A DNA stretch of 64,000 nucleotides from Chiloscyllium plagiosum (GCF_004010195.1 NC_057716.1:22879293-22943292), one strand, 5' to 3'. Shown: positions 1-13,120, numbered from the stretch's first letter. A program made the numbers and translations. The notes: generated by a model not told the origin, from the letters alone.

Positions 1-544
1 GTAGAATAACTAAGTTTCTCTGCTGGGATACTTATGTATACTTATTTACACGCCCACACACAAACACACCAAACAGAACCAGATGTGAACATATATTGAT
101 ACGTCAAGATGAAACATTTCAGAGTGGACATCATAAAATGAGAGAAATTCTTAGTGAGCATTGCCTAATGGATCTATCAATGATTTGCAATTTCACATGC
201 TGCTTTGTGAAATGGCAATATGCATTTCTGTTGGGTTCAGTGAAGCAAGATTGCAATTTATACTACTATGGCCTGTGCCCCTCAATTCTTCAAGGAGTGG
301 GGATCCAATATTCAAGCAATACATTCTCACCAACACTTTCCATTTTATCAGCCAATGGCACAGGGCAACAGATAAAAGATGTTTCAAGGTATAGTGATCT
401 AGAGTTTGCAGTTTTCCACCACTACCTTGTCCTTGGAAGTGCAGATCTGTGCGTTGAGATTAAGTAGAAAGATTTGCCAAATGTTGCCTAGCTCAATGCA
501 ATAGTAGGAAGGTACAGACGATATAGAACAACTTGACAGTACAA

Positions 545-1960
545 ATGCAAATATTTCTGCATGCAAGAACAAATCTGTTGTTCCACAACCTTGGGATGTC
601 CCAGAAGTACTTCACAGCTGAAGGACTCTTGAAGTGCATTCACAATGGCATTTCATGCAAATATGGCAACTAATATGGACACAGAAAAGCACCATAAACA
701 GCAAAGTAATAAAGACCAGACCATCAGTTTTCATTTAATAATATTAGCTGAGATAAATAACAGCCTGGGCCCTGGAAAAAATCTCAGTTCTTCAGCAGTT
801 AATGACAATGGATCTTTTACATCACCAGAGAGGGCAGATGTTTACTCAGGTAGGTGTGTGGGGGTGCCGGATGGAACTGGTGAAACCCTAAGGGGGATGA
901 GATGGACACAATGTTTGTGATAAATTTATAATCAAATCTGACTGCACAGACAACTTTCACTCCCTGCCTTCTAATGTACTTTAGAAAAAAAACTTGATAT
1001 TGAGATTTTTTTCTTTCTATCACAAAAAACATTATCTTTTTTTCATGTGTCCTGGCAAATAATTATAAAAGAAACATCACATTAAAGTTACTGACAAAAT
1101 GACCTGGTCAAAATCACAGTACTGCTCGTGGATTGTTGCTGTGCTGAAATTGACTGCCACTACGTTTCCTACAAGGAACAGTGACTGCAATTCAAAACAT
1201 AGCTCATTGGCTCCAACAAACTTTGGGAAATCCTAAGGTTGTGAAAGACACAAGAAAAATACAAGCTCACTTTTGACTAACACTAATGAAATCCCAATTG
1301 TCAATAATGTCATGTGATTCATCGTGAGATTTCCTTCCTCCCTTTTGTTCATTGGGGGGGGGAACAACGGGCATCTCTTCTAACATCATCAAATTGATGT
1401 TCTAACTAAATCTAACAGAATATGTAGTACCAGGACAATGGTGCTGGTCCTTCAGCACAGCTTGCTGATGAACTGAAATGTACTACTGGAGGTATCTGAA
1501 ACAAAACTTACCTGGAATGGTCTGGCATCTTTTCTCAAGTTCAAAGCAAGACTAGAAGATGAGCATAGTTCATGATTTGGCATAATGGTTTGATTGGTAA
1601 TTGTCTACTTTGCACTGGATGAAAGGCAAAGAATAGCATTTTATACAGCATTTTCCCAAACTGTTTTAGAACTAGTGAACTGCAGATAAAATGCAATTGG
1701 TGCTATACCTCAAGAAAAGCAATAACCAACTGGTGCACAGAAGGTTCTCGCAAACAATGAGACATTATCAGATAATCAATTTTAGCTAGATCTGGTGATG
1801 GATAAGCACTCAGACTTTCACTTTCACCTAAGGGGGTACGAAAGGCCTCAGTTTAACATCCTGTGAAAGACAACATCTCCAACAGTCCAACAAGTGCCCA
1901 ACACCTTGTAGTCTTACACCCACAACTTTATTGGCTCTGATGCAAGAGCAATATCCACTT
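545..1960. mobile_element. Cluster of decayed Deu-SINE pieces (about 545-830 minus, 1125-1270 plus, 1630-1960 minus)
   Basis: Recognisable tail, e.g. GCTGTGCTGAAATTG...CTTTGGGA..TCCTAAGGTTGTGAAAG, in both orientations. Confidence 0.55.
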
Positions 1961-2989
1961 GGCCATAACCTTCTGTAATTATAAATTTATCAGGAATCAA
2001 TGGCTTTATATTAGAAAAGTAAGCTGGTAGGGTGGAAGTGAAAGCAATCTTTTAAGGAGCAGTCTCTAGGCATTCAATTTACATTAGTAGAAATTGCTGA
2101 TAGTTCATCCAAAGTCTGCCTGCCTGGTGCAAAAACCAAACAGATGCGAGTCCCATTTCTAAATGGGTTTTCAAACAATGCAATTTCTCCCTGTGATCTT
2201 GGTTGGTGATTTCCCTAATGTAACAGAAAATCTTCATCAATAATATTTTTATCTCCCCCACCAGCTTCCTTAATTGTCTGGTAACTGAAATTATACTTAA
2301 CAATCTAATTGTGTGGACCTTCGGGTGTCATTAACAATTAAACAACTCAAATTAAGGAATGCACTAATTGGGAAGCCAGGACAGTTGGCTCTCTTATTCT
2401 CATATAAGCAGCAAATACTAGAGGTGACTTAACATTGCTGACACATTTGTGCATTTTATCTTCACAGCAGCTCAGTTTGAGTTGTGCACAGCATTATATC
2501 ATTCATGAAGTTAGTGTTACTTAACTTTTTGAAGTTAAATACTGGAAGGTACATTGCGTACACGGTTCACAACAAAGAACAGACAAGTGGGACTGACTGC
2601 GTAACTCTTCCAAAGGATCAGAACCACTACAATGGGTAAAATGCCCTTCTTTTGTGCTGTTTTATTCTGCTTTAAAAAAAAACTACATTTTAAAAAAATG
2701 AGAAATCCTGGTGTCAATCAGTTGCTCCCTTGTTTATTTTACCTCTCCACTTCCAACTAATAACACTGGCGGGGAAGTTCAAGCGTCTGGAATCATGGTA
2801 AGATAGTTATAATTTAACATAATTTCCAAAGTGGTTCTTACTACTGGGCTCACTGAGAAATTGAGTGCTGTTTCAACATTATTAGAATGTATAATTCAAT
2901 TAGTGGGGAGCTTTCTGGATTGAGGGCTCTTGGGTCAAAATCTGCAGTGGGACTACGTGGCACCCGTGGCTGCAGTTATTGTTCGGCAC

Positions 2990-3400
2990 CAATGAACATG
3001 TGCTGTGCAGGTATATCTGTGTCGATGCACACTTGGCTGTGACTGAAGGTGGGAAATAGCACAGTGCTTCATAAGCTTGCCTGTGGTCATAGATATACAT
3101 TGGAGGTGTCAGAAATAACGCCTGGATTCAGTTGTGTACAGGTATTAGTAATTTCAGCCACTTAAAGGCACTAGTGTGACAGTGGTTCCAGCTGTGTACA
3201 GGCATGAATGCAGCAGTGATTCAAAGCTGTGTAATAGTGAGGTTGCAGTTGTTTTAGTGTTGATGTGATAGTAATTCTGGCTGTGTACAGATGTTGCTGT
3301 GTCTAATCAGACCTTGTGCAAAGTGATGATGTGGCAGTGATCATAGTAGTTTATAGGTGTGGCTGTGACTGTGGTCAGAGTTGATATTGATTAGGTAGAA
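2990..3400. repeat. Degenerate minisatellite (CTGTGTACAG-containing units)
   Basis: TGTGTACAG recurs near 3132, 3193 and 3282, with GTGA/CAGTG spacers. Confidence 0.55.
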
Positions 3401-3899
3401 TCCAAGTATAGCAAGGGCAGGGAATGGACTGATGACACTCAGTATATTCCTGGTGTGATATACCTCTCAAGTAAATGTGATGACAAGGTTTCCGGAAGGG
3501 ATGATCAACCCACTATTGCCTGCTCTGTACCCATATCCAATTGGAACTTCCTCCCAAGCAGTATACAGTTCAGGGTCATATGTTTTTAACCATGGTACAG
3601 CTTGTATTGATAACAGCAATCAGAGTTCAATTGTAATTGGGGGCGTACTTCTGCATCACAGCTTGCTGGGAAGTGAAAATAGAGGTAAAGAGAGATGGCC
3701 ACATTATAATGATTTCAGACATCGTTCAATGAGTCATTTGCTTCTCTCTGAATCACAAGGTGATGGGTTTAGGACTCACTTCAGAGACTTGAGAATATAT
3801 TCTAGGACTCTGAGTCCCAAACCTTACTCTACTGTGGCCCCATTTTGAAGCTTTTCAAATTGTCACAACCCCTTCTTTGGGAAAAACCACTTGAGAGCA

Positions 3900-4460
3900 G
3901 AGTAGAATAGAAAAGTCTTTATTGTCACATATACTCAATAGTGAAAAGTTTATCCATTGCCAATTAAAGCACCGACTTCGATGCAGAAGTATCTAGGCAC
4001 AGCTCCTTTAGTTATAAGGCTTTAGACAATAAAGAAATAAAATTTTCAGCATTACAGAATAAAAGTTCATTACAGCAGATCACTCTGGGATGTAGCTTCC
4101 GGTCTGCACTGGGCCCTGGCTTCACCACTGTGCTGGCAACATGCCATGAGGTCACGGCACCAGGCTGGGAGGTCACCATGCCACACTGGGAGGAGGCCGC
4201 TCTGCTAGGCTGGGAGATTGTCATGCCACGCTGGGAGACCAGGAGCTCAACATGCCAGGATGGGAGGCCGCTGTGGGAGACCAGGAGGATGCCACATTAC
4301 TTTAGCAGACGATTATGCAAGGCTGCTGCACCAGGCTCCCAGAAGCCAGGGACTGTCGCCAGAGGCCAGGAGTTGTTGCCCACCAGAGGTCAGTAATCAA
4401 AGAAAGAAAAAGAAAGAAAAGCCGAGAGGAAGAAAAAGAGAGAGAATTAGCGGAGAGGAC
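3900..4460 (-). repeat. Unclassified interspersed repeat with GC-rich internal tandem units
   Basis: The left end (minus: TAAACTTTTCACT...GTGACAATAAA) matches 36300-36375 (plus). Internal CTGGGAG(G/A)..CCATGCCA repeats lie at 4120-4390. Confidence 0.5.
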
Positions 4461-4539
4461 GAGTTCCAGCTGGAGGGTGTGTGGATGGTTTGGTGGGGAT
4501 GGAGCATTGTGGTGACCATTGCTGCCTTGGAACCTGTGA

Positions 4540-4925
4540 CTCCAACATTTCAGCTCACAAACCCACTTGAGTCACAACCTCCACTTTGGGAAGCCTTAAT
4601 CGAGGGAGTGCTGTGCTAATGGAAGCATCATCTTTCCATTGAGACATTAAGCTAAGCTCCACTCATCCTCTCAAGTGAGCATAAAAGATCCCATGGCCTT
4701 TTTACAAAAAAGAGCAGGTGAGTTCTCCACAGACTTCTGATTAACATTTATCCCTGAAATAACATCAATAAACATAGATCATCTCTATGGTCACATTGCT
4801 GGTGGTAGGAACTTCCTGTGCACAAATTGATTCCCATGGTTTGTACATTACAACACTTCAAGTAGTATTTCATGGGTTGTGAAGTGCTTGGGGACATCCT
4901 ACAGAAGCACATACCTTTCTTTCTT
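4540..4925 (+). mobile_element. Deu-domain SINE (SacSINE1/AmnSINE-like)
   Basis: GAGGGAGTGCTG...GAGACATTAA...TAAAAGATCCCATGGC...AGAGCAGG.GAGTTCTCC plus the tail TGTGCACAAATTG...CACTTCAAG. Confidence 0.7.
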
Positions 4926-5479
4926 TTACAAAGAAAAGAGAACTGGCTTAAGAAAAGGCAAAGTAACCATACCTATAAGTGGTCTTATGTTTTTGGCGGG
5001 GGGGGGGCTCTTTTAATCAAAAAGAGAGGTTTTTCAAAGCCATGTCGTAAGTGTCATGTTTGCAAAGAGAAGTTGTATTCAATTGAGGGTGAGGGTGAGA
5101 TGCACAGTCATTACAGAATGAGACATAAGGACAATTGACTGTTTCAGGCTGTAGAGATATCTACCAAAAGTGGGGATTGGTTATCGTTAAAGTAGGTTGT
5201 TAATTCCAAAGAAAATTCTGTAGACTGAACAAATTGCAAAGCAACATGTACCAGTAGGGTCAAAGTGTGTACAACAATGCACCATACTGCATAATACCTC
5301 ACATAAAAATACTTCAGTAAACAATGCCACCATGAATTACTGCAGCCAGAAGGGAATGAATATCTACTGAAAAGAAACTTCAAAGATATAACAACTACTA
5401 CAAGTAAAACAACAGCTGGTTTGGACAGTGATTGGGATCAATTTCCCAAAAAAACTTTAAAGCTTTTTTCAGTTATAAT

Positions 5480-5930
5480 CAAGGCAAACAGTGTCTGGAA
5501 AAGATGCAAAACAAGCTGCCGACCTGTGAAAAGCTGTCCAGGTTCCCGTTGCTTCTGGAGTTCAAAGGCATAATACACAAAGCCTGCAGCTAATGTGAAG
5601 CAGCGCTAATTTTAAAGGCATAAAATGCTATAAACTGGCCTTGAGGGCAGACAGCTTCGAAGCTAGTTGCACCCAAATAAGACATGGTTCATTTAATTCA
5701 CAGCTTAACCTAATGTAACAATCAGCTACATTTTGCCTAAAGTTGCAGCAGGGAAATAGCCAATACTGTGTAGCCAGATTGTTTTTGATAGACGATACTT
5801 CATATCTGACAGGCATATAATGTAAACAGCAGTGCCCAAAATAAAAGCAATCAAATTCAAAATCACACAGCTTGCTTGTATTGTTTTACTTATTGACAGT
5901 TTCATGTTCATAGCACTCCTGATTAGATCA
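5480..5930. promoter_or_regulatory. Putative conserved non-coding element / developmental enhancer
   Basis: Repeat-free and non-coding, with clustered TTCAAAG (5561), CATAAAA (5619), TGACAG (5807), TGTAAACA (5821) and TAAT sites. Inference only; no alignment was run. Confidence 0.4.
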
Positions 5931-7293
5931 TGTCATTTGAATGAACCTGTTACCTGAACAAACCTGCCCTTTGAACAAAACCATCAGCCCAACTGATCCA
6001 TCACCTAAAATGACCCTTAGCTTTAAACTGAATCAATCACCTGAACGAAGTATGGTCTGCAAAATCCATAGGTCTCTCTTTTGAGTAGGCTAGCAAGTTT
6101 TGAGAAGATTGGAGTAGGCTATACAGTTCAACAAAAAAAAAAATCAGTGACCACGACATCTACTGAAAAGGAACAGCTCAAACCTTTAAATGCAGTCACA
6201 TTTATTTCAACAAACTAACAATTATTTTATGGACCTTTAACCAAAGCCCACAGAGCCATTCCTCCCAATTGTGTAATAGAGTACCAACTTCTCCCAGGGT
6301 ATGTGAGGCCTTCACTAGCCACAAGATAAAACAACATACAGATCATTAAGGACCCATGTCTTCTACCGAAAAGGAATTTTACTCTTAAAATCAGTTGTTT
6401 TCTTTTAAATGTTAAGCATAAAGGGACACAAAGACATGAACTGTAACAGCATGAACTGTGAAACTAAATGTTTATTTTTTAATAACTGCAAATTTTCACG
6501 ATTGCCTCTATTTCTTACTTCCACTGACAAAATCAAACTCTGCATGTACCAGGTACAAAGATGAAGCCCAGTTCTGTTCCTGGCCATTGTAAACAGTACC
6601 AATGCACAGGACACAATTCAGTGCTTTAAATTGTTCACATGAGGAATTGTACAATTTTTGAATTTAGAAATTGCTCCAGATGGAGTCATTATTTTGACAA
6701 TCACACCCCCCCAGCTTTACTTTAATCATGGTTCATTTCCATAAAACAAGAAACTCAAACATTAGTGTAAGCAGGCAGTAGCACAAATGGCTGCAAAGGA
6801 AGAAGGAAGCTCAATGGTGTCACTAGTTATTGCAATTTTTAATTGTAATGATTAAAAATGCAGAGATCGCACAACAGGGACAATTATTAAATTACACCAA
6901 AAACAGTCAACACTGCAAAGCTCACATATTATCTATCCATCCATAAAAACAGTCACATGTGCGAAGTTGTCTGTAGGTACACATAGTCACACGGGCATAG
7001 TCCCATTTGTGCACATACAGACTAGTCGTGCACACTATAGTCCATATCAGAATTATACAGTCAGAGTCACAAATACATGTACAGATAGAAATAATTGTTC
7101 CAATTTGTTCAAAATCCCAGCTTCCAAAGTAGATGGTGGATCATATCAAGTAGCATCTCTCTTCCACTGTTGTCTGACTACTCTCAACCAACCTGTGTTT
7201 GCAAAACTCAGAACAATGGGATTTCATAACTGAAAAGCACTTATAAACAATCCCTAGTGTGTTAAGAATAACACAAACAACCAATTTAAGTTT

Positions 7294-7431
7294 CCTACTC
7301 TGAAGAGTCACTGGCCTTGAATCGTTAACTCTGCTTTCTCACCACAGATGCTACCAGATCTGAGTTTATCCAGCAATTTCTGTTTATGTTTCTGATTTCC
7401 AGCATCCGCTGTTCTTTGTTTTCTTTTGTTT
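7294..7431 (+). mobile_element. Solo PLE pLTR-like module (second family), decayed hammerhead, 14 bp TSD
   Basis: CTGAAGA-GTCACTGGCCTT-GAAT-CGTTAAC...CACAGATGCT...TCCAGCAATTTCTG. ACCAATTTAAGTTT occurs at 7280-7293 and 7432-7445. Confidence 0.7.
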
Positions 7432-8399
7432 ACCAATTTAAGTTTGTCTGTTGAGCTTGCAACATGTCTCATGCTTACTAGACACAACATGTATTTGTAG
7501 ATATGGACCTGTCCCCTACATGAAAGGAACCTGCATGACCAACCAGAGCTGGTTTGCTAACCTGCCTCTCATGAAATATAAACTGATGCTCCCTTTGAAA
7601 TGTGGGATTCTTGCATCTGTCCAGATGATTGCAAGCTGAAAAGTCTTATAGCATATTGCATCCCTTTCCTAGCAATATAAAAGTGAATATGTGTTTGAGA
7701 TGCTAAGTCAAAAACATTCAATTCATATTAATGCTACGTGAATGAATAGACTAATTCTTTCCTCTAATCACAAAGGTTTAGGGGACACATACACAATCTA
7801 GAGTAAACAAAGCAGTTCCAGGTTTGATCACAAAATAAACCAGATAAGAGAGATCACTGGACTTAACTCAAATAATGTAAAAATACTTGGGCTCAATATC
7901 ACATGGTTTGCTCAATAAGTCAACGAGATTCAACTAATGCATTCAAAAAGGATTTCAATTAATATCCGGGAAGGAAGAATATCCTTTTGTGGAGAATGTT
8001 TGAATGTGACACTAAGGATTTTTTCTTCAGAGATAAGCTGAATGGCCTTCTCCTGTCCTGTATCCATTTCTATGATTTGACTTTTTAGTCACGTGGCACC
8101 ACCATTAAACCTTATCAATTGCTGACTAATTTAGCACATTTGGAGGTAGGATTTAGAAGCCTCAGGGAGAGATCTAGGAGATATGAGGAGAATTGGTGAA
8201 ATGCCAGGCTCAGCTATTCAGCTGTCTGACCTGTCTCTGAAGAAATGATCTCCAGTGCCACACATGAACCTTCTCCACAGAAGGATATTCTTCCTTTCTG
8301 GTTATTAACTGAAATCCTTCTTGAATGCATTGATTGATTTGCCTCCACTACACTTTCAGGCAGAGTGTAAACTACCTTCTTTTTCACAAAGACCTGCAC

Positions 8400-10170
8400 A
8401 TTGTTTTCTTCTTTGGTGAAGTTACAGACAAAGTATTAAACACCCTAGCCATGTCCTCGACTTTCATGTATAAATCCCCTTTTGGCCCCTAATTAACTGT
8501 ACTCCTTTTTACTATTTAAATCACTGTGGAAGACTTTCTTATTCCCTTGTACGTTAGCTGCCAGTCTCTCCTGATTTTCTCTCTTTGCTTCTTATTTGCT
8601 TTTCAATTTCCCCGTGATCCTTCTGTATTCAGCCTCATTCACAGTTGCATTGTCCACATGACACCTGTTACAAGTTTGGTTTCCTTTCTTATCTTAAACT
8701 CTATCTCCTTTGAAATTCCAGGATTTATTTGCCATAACTTTCCACTTTCTGGGACTAGACCTTAATTGTGCTTAAAATATTTCTTCTCTTCAAGTCACAG
8801 AGATGCACAGCACGGAAACAGACACTTCGGTCCAACTCGTCCATGTCCACCAGATATCCTCACCTAATCCCGTCCCATTTGCCAGCACTTGGCCTATATC
8901 CCTCTAAGCCCTTCCTATCATATACTCGTCCAGATGCCTTTTAAGTATTGTAATTGTACCAGCCTCCACCACTTCCTCTAGAAGCTCATTCCACATACAT
9001 ACCACCCGCTGCGTGAAAAAGTTGTCCATTAGGTCCCTTTTAAATCTTTCCCCTCTCACCCTAAACCTATGTCCTCTCATTCTGGACTCCCCCATCCCAG
9101 GGAAAAGACGTTTTCTATTTATCTTATCCATGTCCCTAATGATTTTATAAACCTCTATAAGGTCACCTCTCAGACTCCGATGCTCCAGGGAAACAGCTCT
9201 AGCCTATTCAGCCTCTCCCAGTAGCTCAAATCCTCCAACCTTGGCAACATCCTTGTAAATCTTTTTGTGAACTCTTTCAAGGCAGCCCACTGTTCAGTTA
9301 CAGTCCTTTCCAACAAGATGTAATTCCAGTTTATCTGACCCGACTTAAGTTGGCTTTGTCCCATTTAAATATTCTTACTCTAAATTGTTCCTTGTTTTTC
9401 TCCGTAGCCAGTCTAAATCTTATGACCCACTTGATATTGTCAGCTACGTGTTCTCCTCTTGACACCTGATTTGCTCTGGATCACCTTATCCACAAGAACC
9501 AGAACTAATAGTGTTCTTTTTTCTTGAACTGGAAACATTCTCATGGAGAAAGTTCTATCAAAAACACCTCAGGAACTTTTGTCCTCTCTGTCTTTTATAC
9601 TACTATTATTCCATTCCAAATACTCGACAACTGACACATTTCTCTGTAATTTCCTTACACCTCTGTTCCTCTATACCATCCCTATTAGTCAGTAGCCTAT
9701 AGATGACACCTAACAATAGCATCTTTTTCTTTTGTTCCTTAGCTCTAGTCAAAGACATTCTGTCCTCAACCCAGTTGGGACATCCTCTTTCTCCAAGACT
9801 GCGATTTTCTTTTATTAATACCACCAGTCCTTACACTTTTGTTTCTTTCCCATCTTGCCTGAATACCTTGTATCCTGGAATATTTAATAATTAGTCCTGA
9901 CTTTTTGTGAATCAGGTCTCTGACACAGCCATATCATATTTCCACATGGTTATTGGCACTTGTAACTCATCAGCCTTAATAACATGCATTCACATAAATG
10001 CACAGAACCTTGATTTAAACTTTATCAATCTTTCCCAGCTAATAGCATACTATTCTCTACTGTAGTACCATCTGTCTCCCCAGCATTCTGTGCACGTTGG
10101 TAGTTCTATACTCCCCTAGTTCCCATACCACTTCCATGTCACCTTCCTAATAGCACAAGCAAAATTGGTC
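8400..10170 (-). mobile_element. Old CR1 LINE (APE region), interrupted by the younger CR1 fragment
   Basis: Decayed endonuclease-region peptides (e.g. MLLLGVIYR..., EEQRCKEITEKC) on both sides of the insertion. Confidence 0.6.
8793..9280 (-). mobile_element. CR1 (HER1-like) LINE 3' fragment
   Basis: Minus-strand ORF2 C-terminus KRFTRMLPRLEDLSYWERLNRLELF / RGHRFRVRGERFK...FFTQRVV..WNEL, plus a 3' UTR. Confidence 0.85.
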
Positions 10171-10543
10171 CCTCCTCTTTTATGCCAATTCCTTCAGTTT
10201 GTAGTTTTACCTACTGACTGGGTGGAGGGAAGGGAGGAGAGGTCGAGTGTGGTGAAAATTGTTTAAACTGAGGGATTTTCTTTAAATAAGAACACTTACC
10301 TTTACATGTATTCTTCTGCAACAGTGATCTGTCCATCAGGCCACATCCACCATACACAAAATGTGAGGTTTTAAATGTGAGCTACATGCCAGCCATTGTT
10401 CACAAACCTCTTCACTCAGAGATCACTGAGAATGCAGAACTCAACATCACAGCAAGGAGACCAGCTGAATAGCATTTAAGGAGACATGGAAGGATATGTC
10501 GATAGGGTAAGATTAAGATTGAATGGACTTCAAACCAGTTGGG

Positions 10544-11765
10544 GTCGAAAAGTATGGCGCTGGAAAAGCACATCAGGTCAAGCAGCATCCAAGGAACAGG
10601 AGAGTTGATGTTTCGGGCATAAGGAGAAAGTGAGGACTGCAGATGCTGGAGATCAGAGCTGAAAAATGTGTTGCTGGAAAAGCACAGCAGGTCAGGCAGC
10701 ATCCAAGGAGCAGGAGAATCGACGTTTTGGGCATAAGCCCTTCTTCAGGACTGACAGTGATAATCTGCAGTGACGTAGAAAGAACTAACGTAGACTCGTG
10801 ATGTGAAAATCTTGGAGAAAAGAGTATGGGAAGTGGCTCGCATAAGGGAGAGTTGGAGGGTTGGATCTAGGATGAGGGGGGGGAAGGAGGATGAGGTGGG
10901 GGAAGGGAGATGAGGAAACTAGTGAAATCACGCTGATGGCATGCAGTTGGAATGTCCCCAAGGTAGAAGGTGAGGCGTTCTTCCTTCATGCATCAGGTGG
11001 CCAGGATTTGAAGGTGGAAGAGGCCTATGACTTGCATGTCCATGGCAGAGTGGAAGGGGGAGTTGAAGTGGTCAACCACAGGGCAGTGGGGTTGTTTAGT
11101 GCGTGCGTCTCAGAGATGTTCTCTGAAACATTCCACAAGTTGATGTCATGTCTCCCCAGTGTAGAGGAGACCACATTGAGAGCAACAGGCACAGTAGATG
11201 AGGTTCGAGAGTATGTTGCTGGAAAAGCACAGTAGGTCAGGCAGCATCCAACGAGCAGGAGAATCGACTGAAGGACTCCGGTCTGAAATGTCAATTCTCC
11301 TGCTCCTCGGATGCTGCCTGACCTGCTGTGCTTTTCCAGCAACACACTCTCGACTCTGATCTCCAGCATCTTCAGACCTTACTTTCTCACAGTAGATGAG
11401 GTGTTTGGATATGCAGGAGAATCTCTGGCAGATGTGGAAGGATCCTTTGGAGCCTTGGATGGAGGTGAGGGGGAGGTGTGGGCGCAGGTTTTAAACCTCT
11501 TGTGGCAGCAAGGAAAGGTGCCAAGAGTGGAGAATGGGTTGGTGGGTGGGGTGGGGGAGTGGCGTGACCTAACAAGAGAGTAGCAGAGGGAATGGTCTCT
11601 GCGGAACACTGATAAGGGTAGGGTGTGAAATATATCTCTGGCAGTGGGGTCTGACTGTTGGTGGTGGAAATGGTGGAGGATGATGCATAGTATCTGGAAA
11701 TTGGTGGGGTGGAAGGTGAGAACCAGCGGGGGCGGGGGGGAGGAATTCTGTTCTATCTTCCTATG
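10544..11765 (-). mobile_element. 5'-truncated Penelope-like element (Neptune-type): linker and GIY-YIG remnant plus tandem pLTR/hammerhead modules, 16 bp TSD
   Basis: Minus-strand peptide PLVLTFHPTN...SDPTARDIF...FRRDHSL...GTFPCCHKRFKTC is typical of the Cys-containing Neptune linker, followed by a decayed GIY-YIG. Two pLTR-like units lie at 10544-10750. CTTCAAACCAGTTGGG flanks it directly at 10528-10543 and 11766-11781. Confidence 0.8.
11205..11387. mobile_element. Fold-back (inverted-arm) non-autonomous PLE-derived element nested in the PLE, 15 bp TSD
   Basis: TGTTGCTGGAAAAGCACAG..GGTCAGGCAGCATCC..GAGCAGGAGAAT is followed by its reverse complement and the tail ...ACTTTCT. CACAGTAGATGAGGT occurs at 11190-11204 and 11388-11402. 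Confidence 0.8.
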
Positions 11766-11999
11766 CTTCAAACCAGTTGGGTTACATAATCTGTTTTGAT
11801 CTAAACAGATATGTAGTTTTCAAGGTTTGCAGAGTGATTTTAAGTAGTTACAAGCCACTAGGATTTTGAAATCCAAAGTAACAAACAACATGAGCAGAAG
11901 TGATGCTTTTCCCACCAATTCAACTCTCCCAACAGCGGCTTTTTCTGCTTGACTGCGTGGGTGAATAGCCCAGAGTTTGAGAAGAGTCTGCTGTAATCA

Positions 12000-12113
<114 letters not shown>

Positions 12114-12454
12114 CTATGAAAAAGAAACACGATAGTTTCAAGGGAGTGTGTAAGCGAGTTTGCATACTCCGAGTCTGTACTACATGGTGTCCATGGTTCT
12201 ATTTTGTGGTTATACAAATCAACTTCTGTTTTTTAAGTCTTGAAGTTCAAAGCCCAAATGTGTCTTTGGGTACAACTGCTCACCGCTAGAAACCGGGTCA
12301 GCATTCAGAAGAATGCCCAGTAGCAACGCCAGTGGCTGATCCTTTCCACACCTCCTCACCCAATAGCTGGGTTCACAGTTAGCATCAGCAAATTCTTCTC
12401 TAGCACATGGTGAAGGGGAAGAGATGAATAGAGATTTAAAAAAAAACTTCAACA

Positions 12455-13120
12455 ACATCAAAGCAAAATATCGCAAATTCTGGAAAAATTGAAATAAAGA
12501 GGAATTGCAACAAATATTCAGAAGGTCAGGAAGTATCTGTAGATGGATAAACAGAGTTAATGTTTCAGGTCCATGACCTTTCATCGGAACTGGAAGAGAA
12601 TTGAAATGAGCAATTGAAATGCGGGCAGGGTGGGAAGAACAAAGGGAAAGGTCTGCAGTAGAGTGAAAAGCAGGAAAGATTAAATGACAAAAGGGTTCAT
12701 GGTGTAAGGCCAAAGTGAAAGGCAATGGGCTAAGTAAGGAAACTAAAGGAGTCAAGAGTAGGAGTTATACAGGATCTTGAATAGTTGCTATTTGAAACAA
12801 AGAGGAAGAATTAAAAGAAAAACAAGAGAGAGAAAAACGCAGCAAAGAGAAAGGAAACAAACTGGGGACATGGGCTACAATCAAAAATTGTTGAAGTCGA
12901 TGTTGAATCTTGATGGTTATGAAGAGCACAATTGAGAAATGAGGTGCTGTTCCTGGAGCTTGCAGTGAACACAGCAGCAATTCAACAGCAGAAAGGTCAG
13001 AGGGGTAACAAGGAGGGAAATCGAAATGACAGGAGGCAGGAAATTCCGGTTGTGCTTATAGACTGAGGGAAATGTTCTGCATTGGGTGTCCCCAGCATAT
13101 AGGAGATCTTACTATGGTTA
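12455..13120 (-). mobile_element. Decayed Neptune-type PLE 3' end with pLTR
   Basis: Minus strand shows a GIY-YIG C-terminal remnant (GGAACAGCACCTCATTT...AACATCGACTTCAACAATTT), a pyrimidine-rich UTR and GTTCCGATGAAAGGTCATGGACCTGAAACATTAAC. Confidence 0.65.

Noticed and set aside
1504-1615. Cryptic AGAP1 exon ending at the strong donor CAG|GTAAGT near 1511 (minus)
   Set aside because: The candidate acceptors give either an in-frame stop or a 40 nt frameshifting exon, with no similarity to the expected next exon (DYMQNVHGKEIDLL...).
4012-4619. Overlapping GC-rich ORFs as a gene
   Set aside because: They arise from internal tandem units of an interspersed repeat; no splice or domain support.
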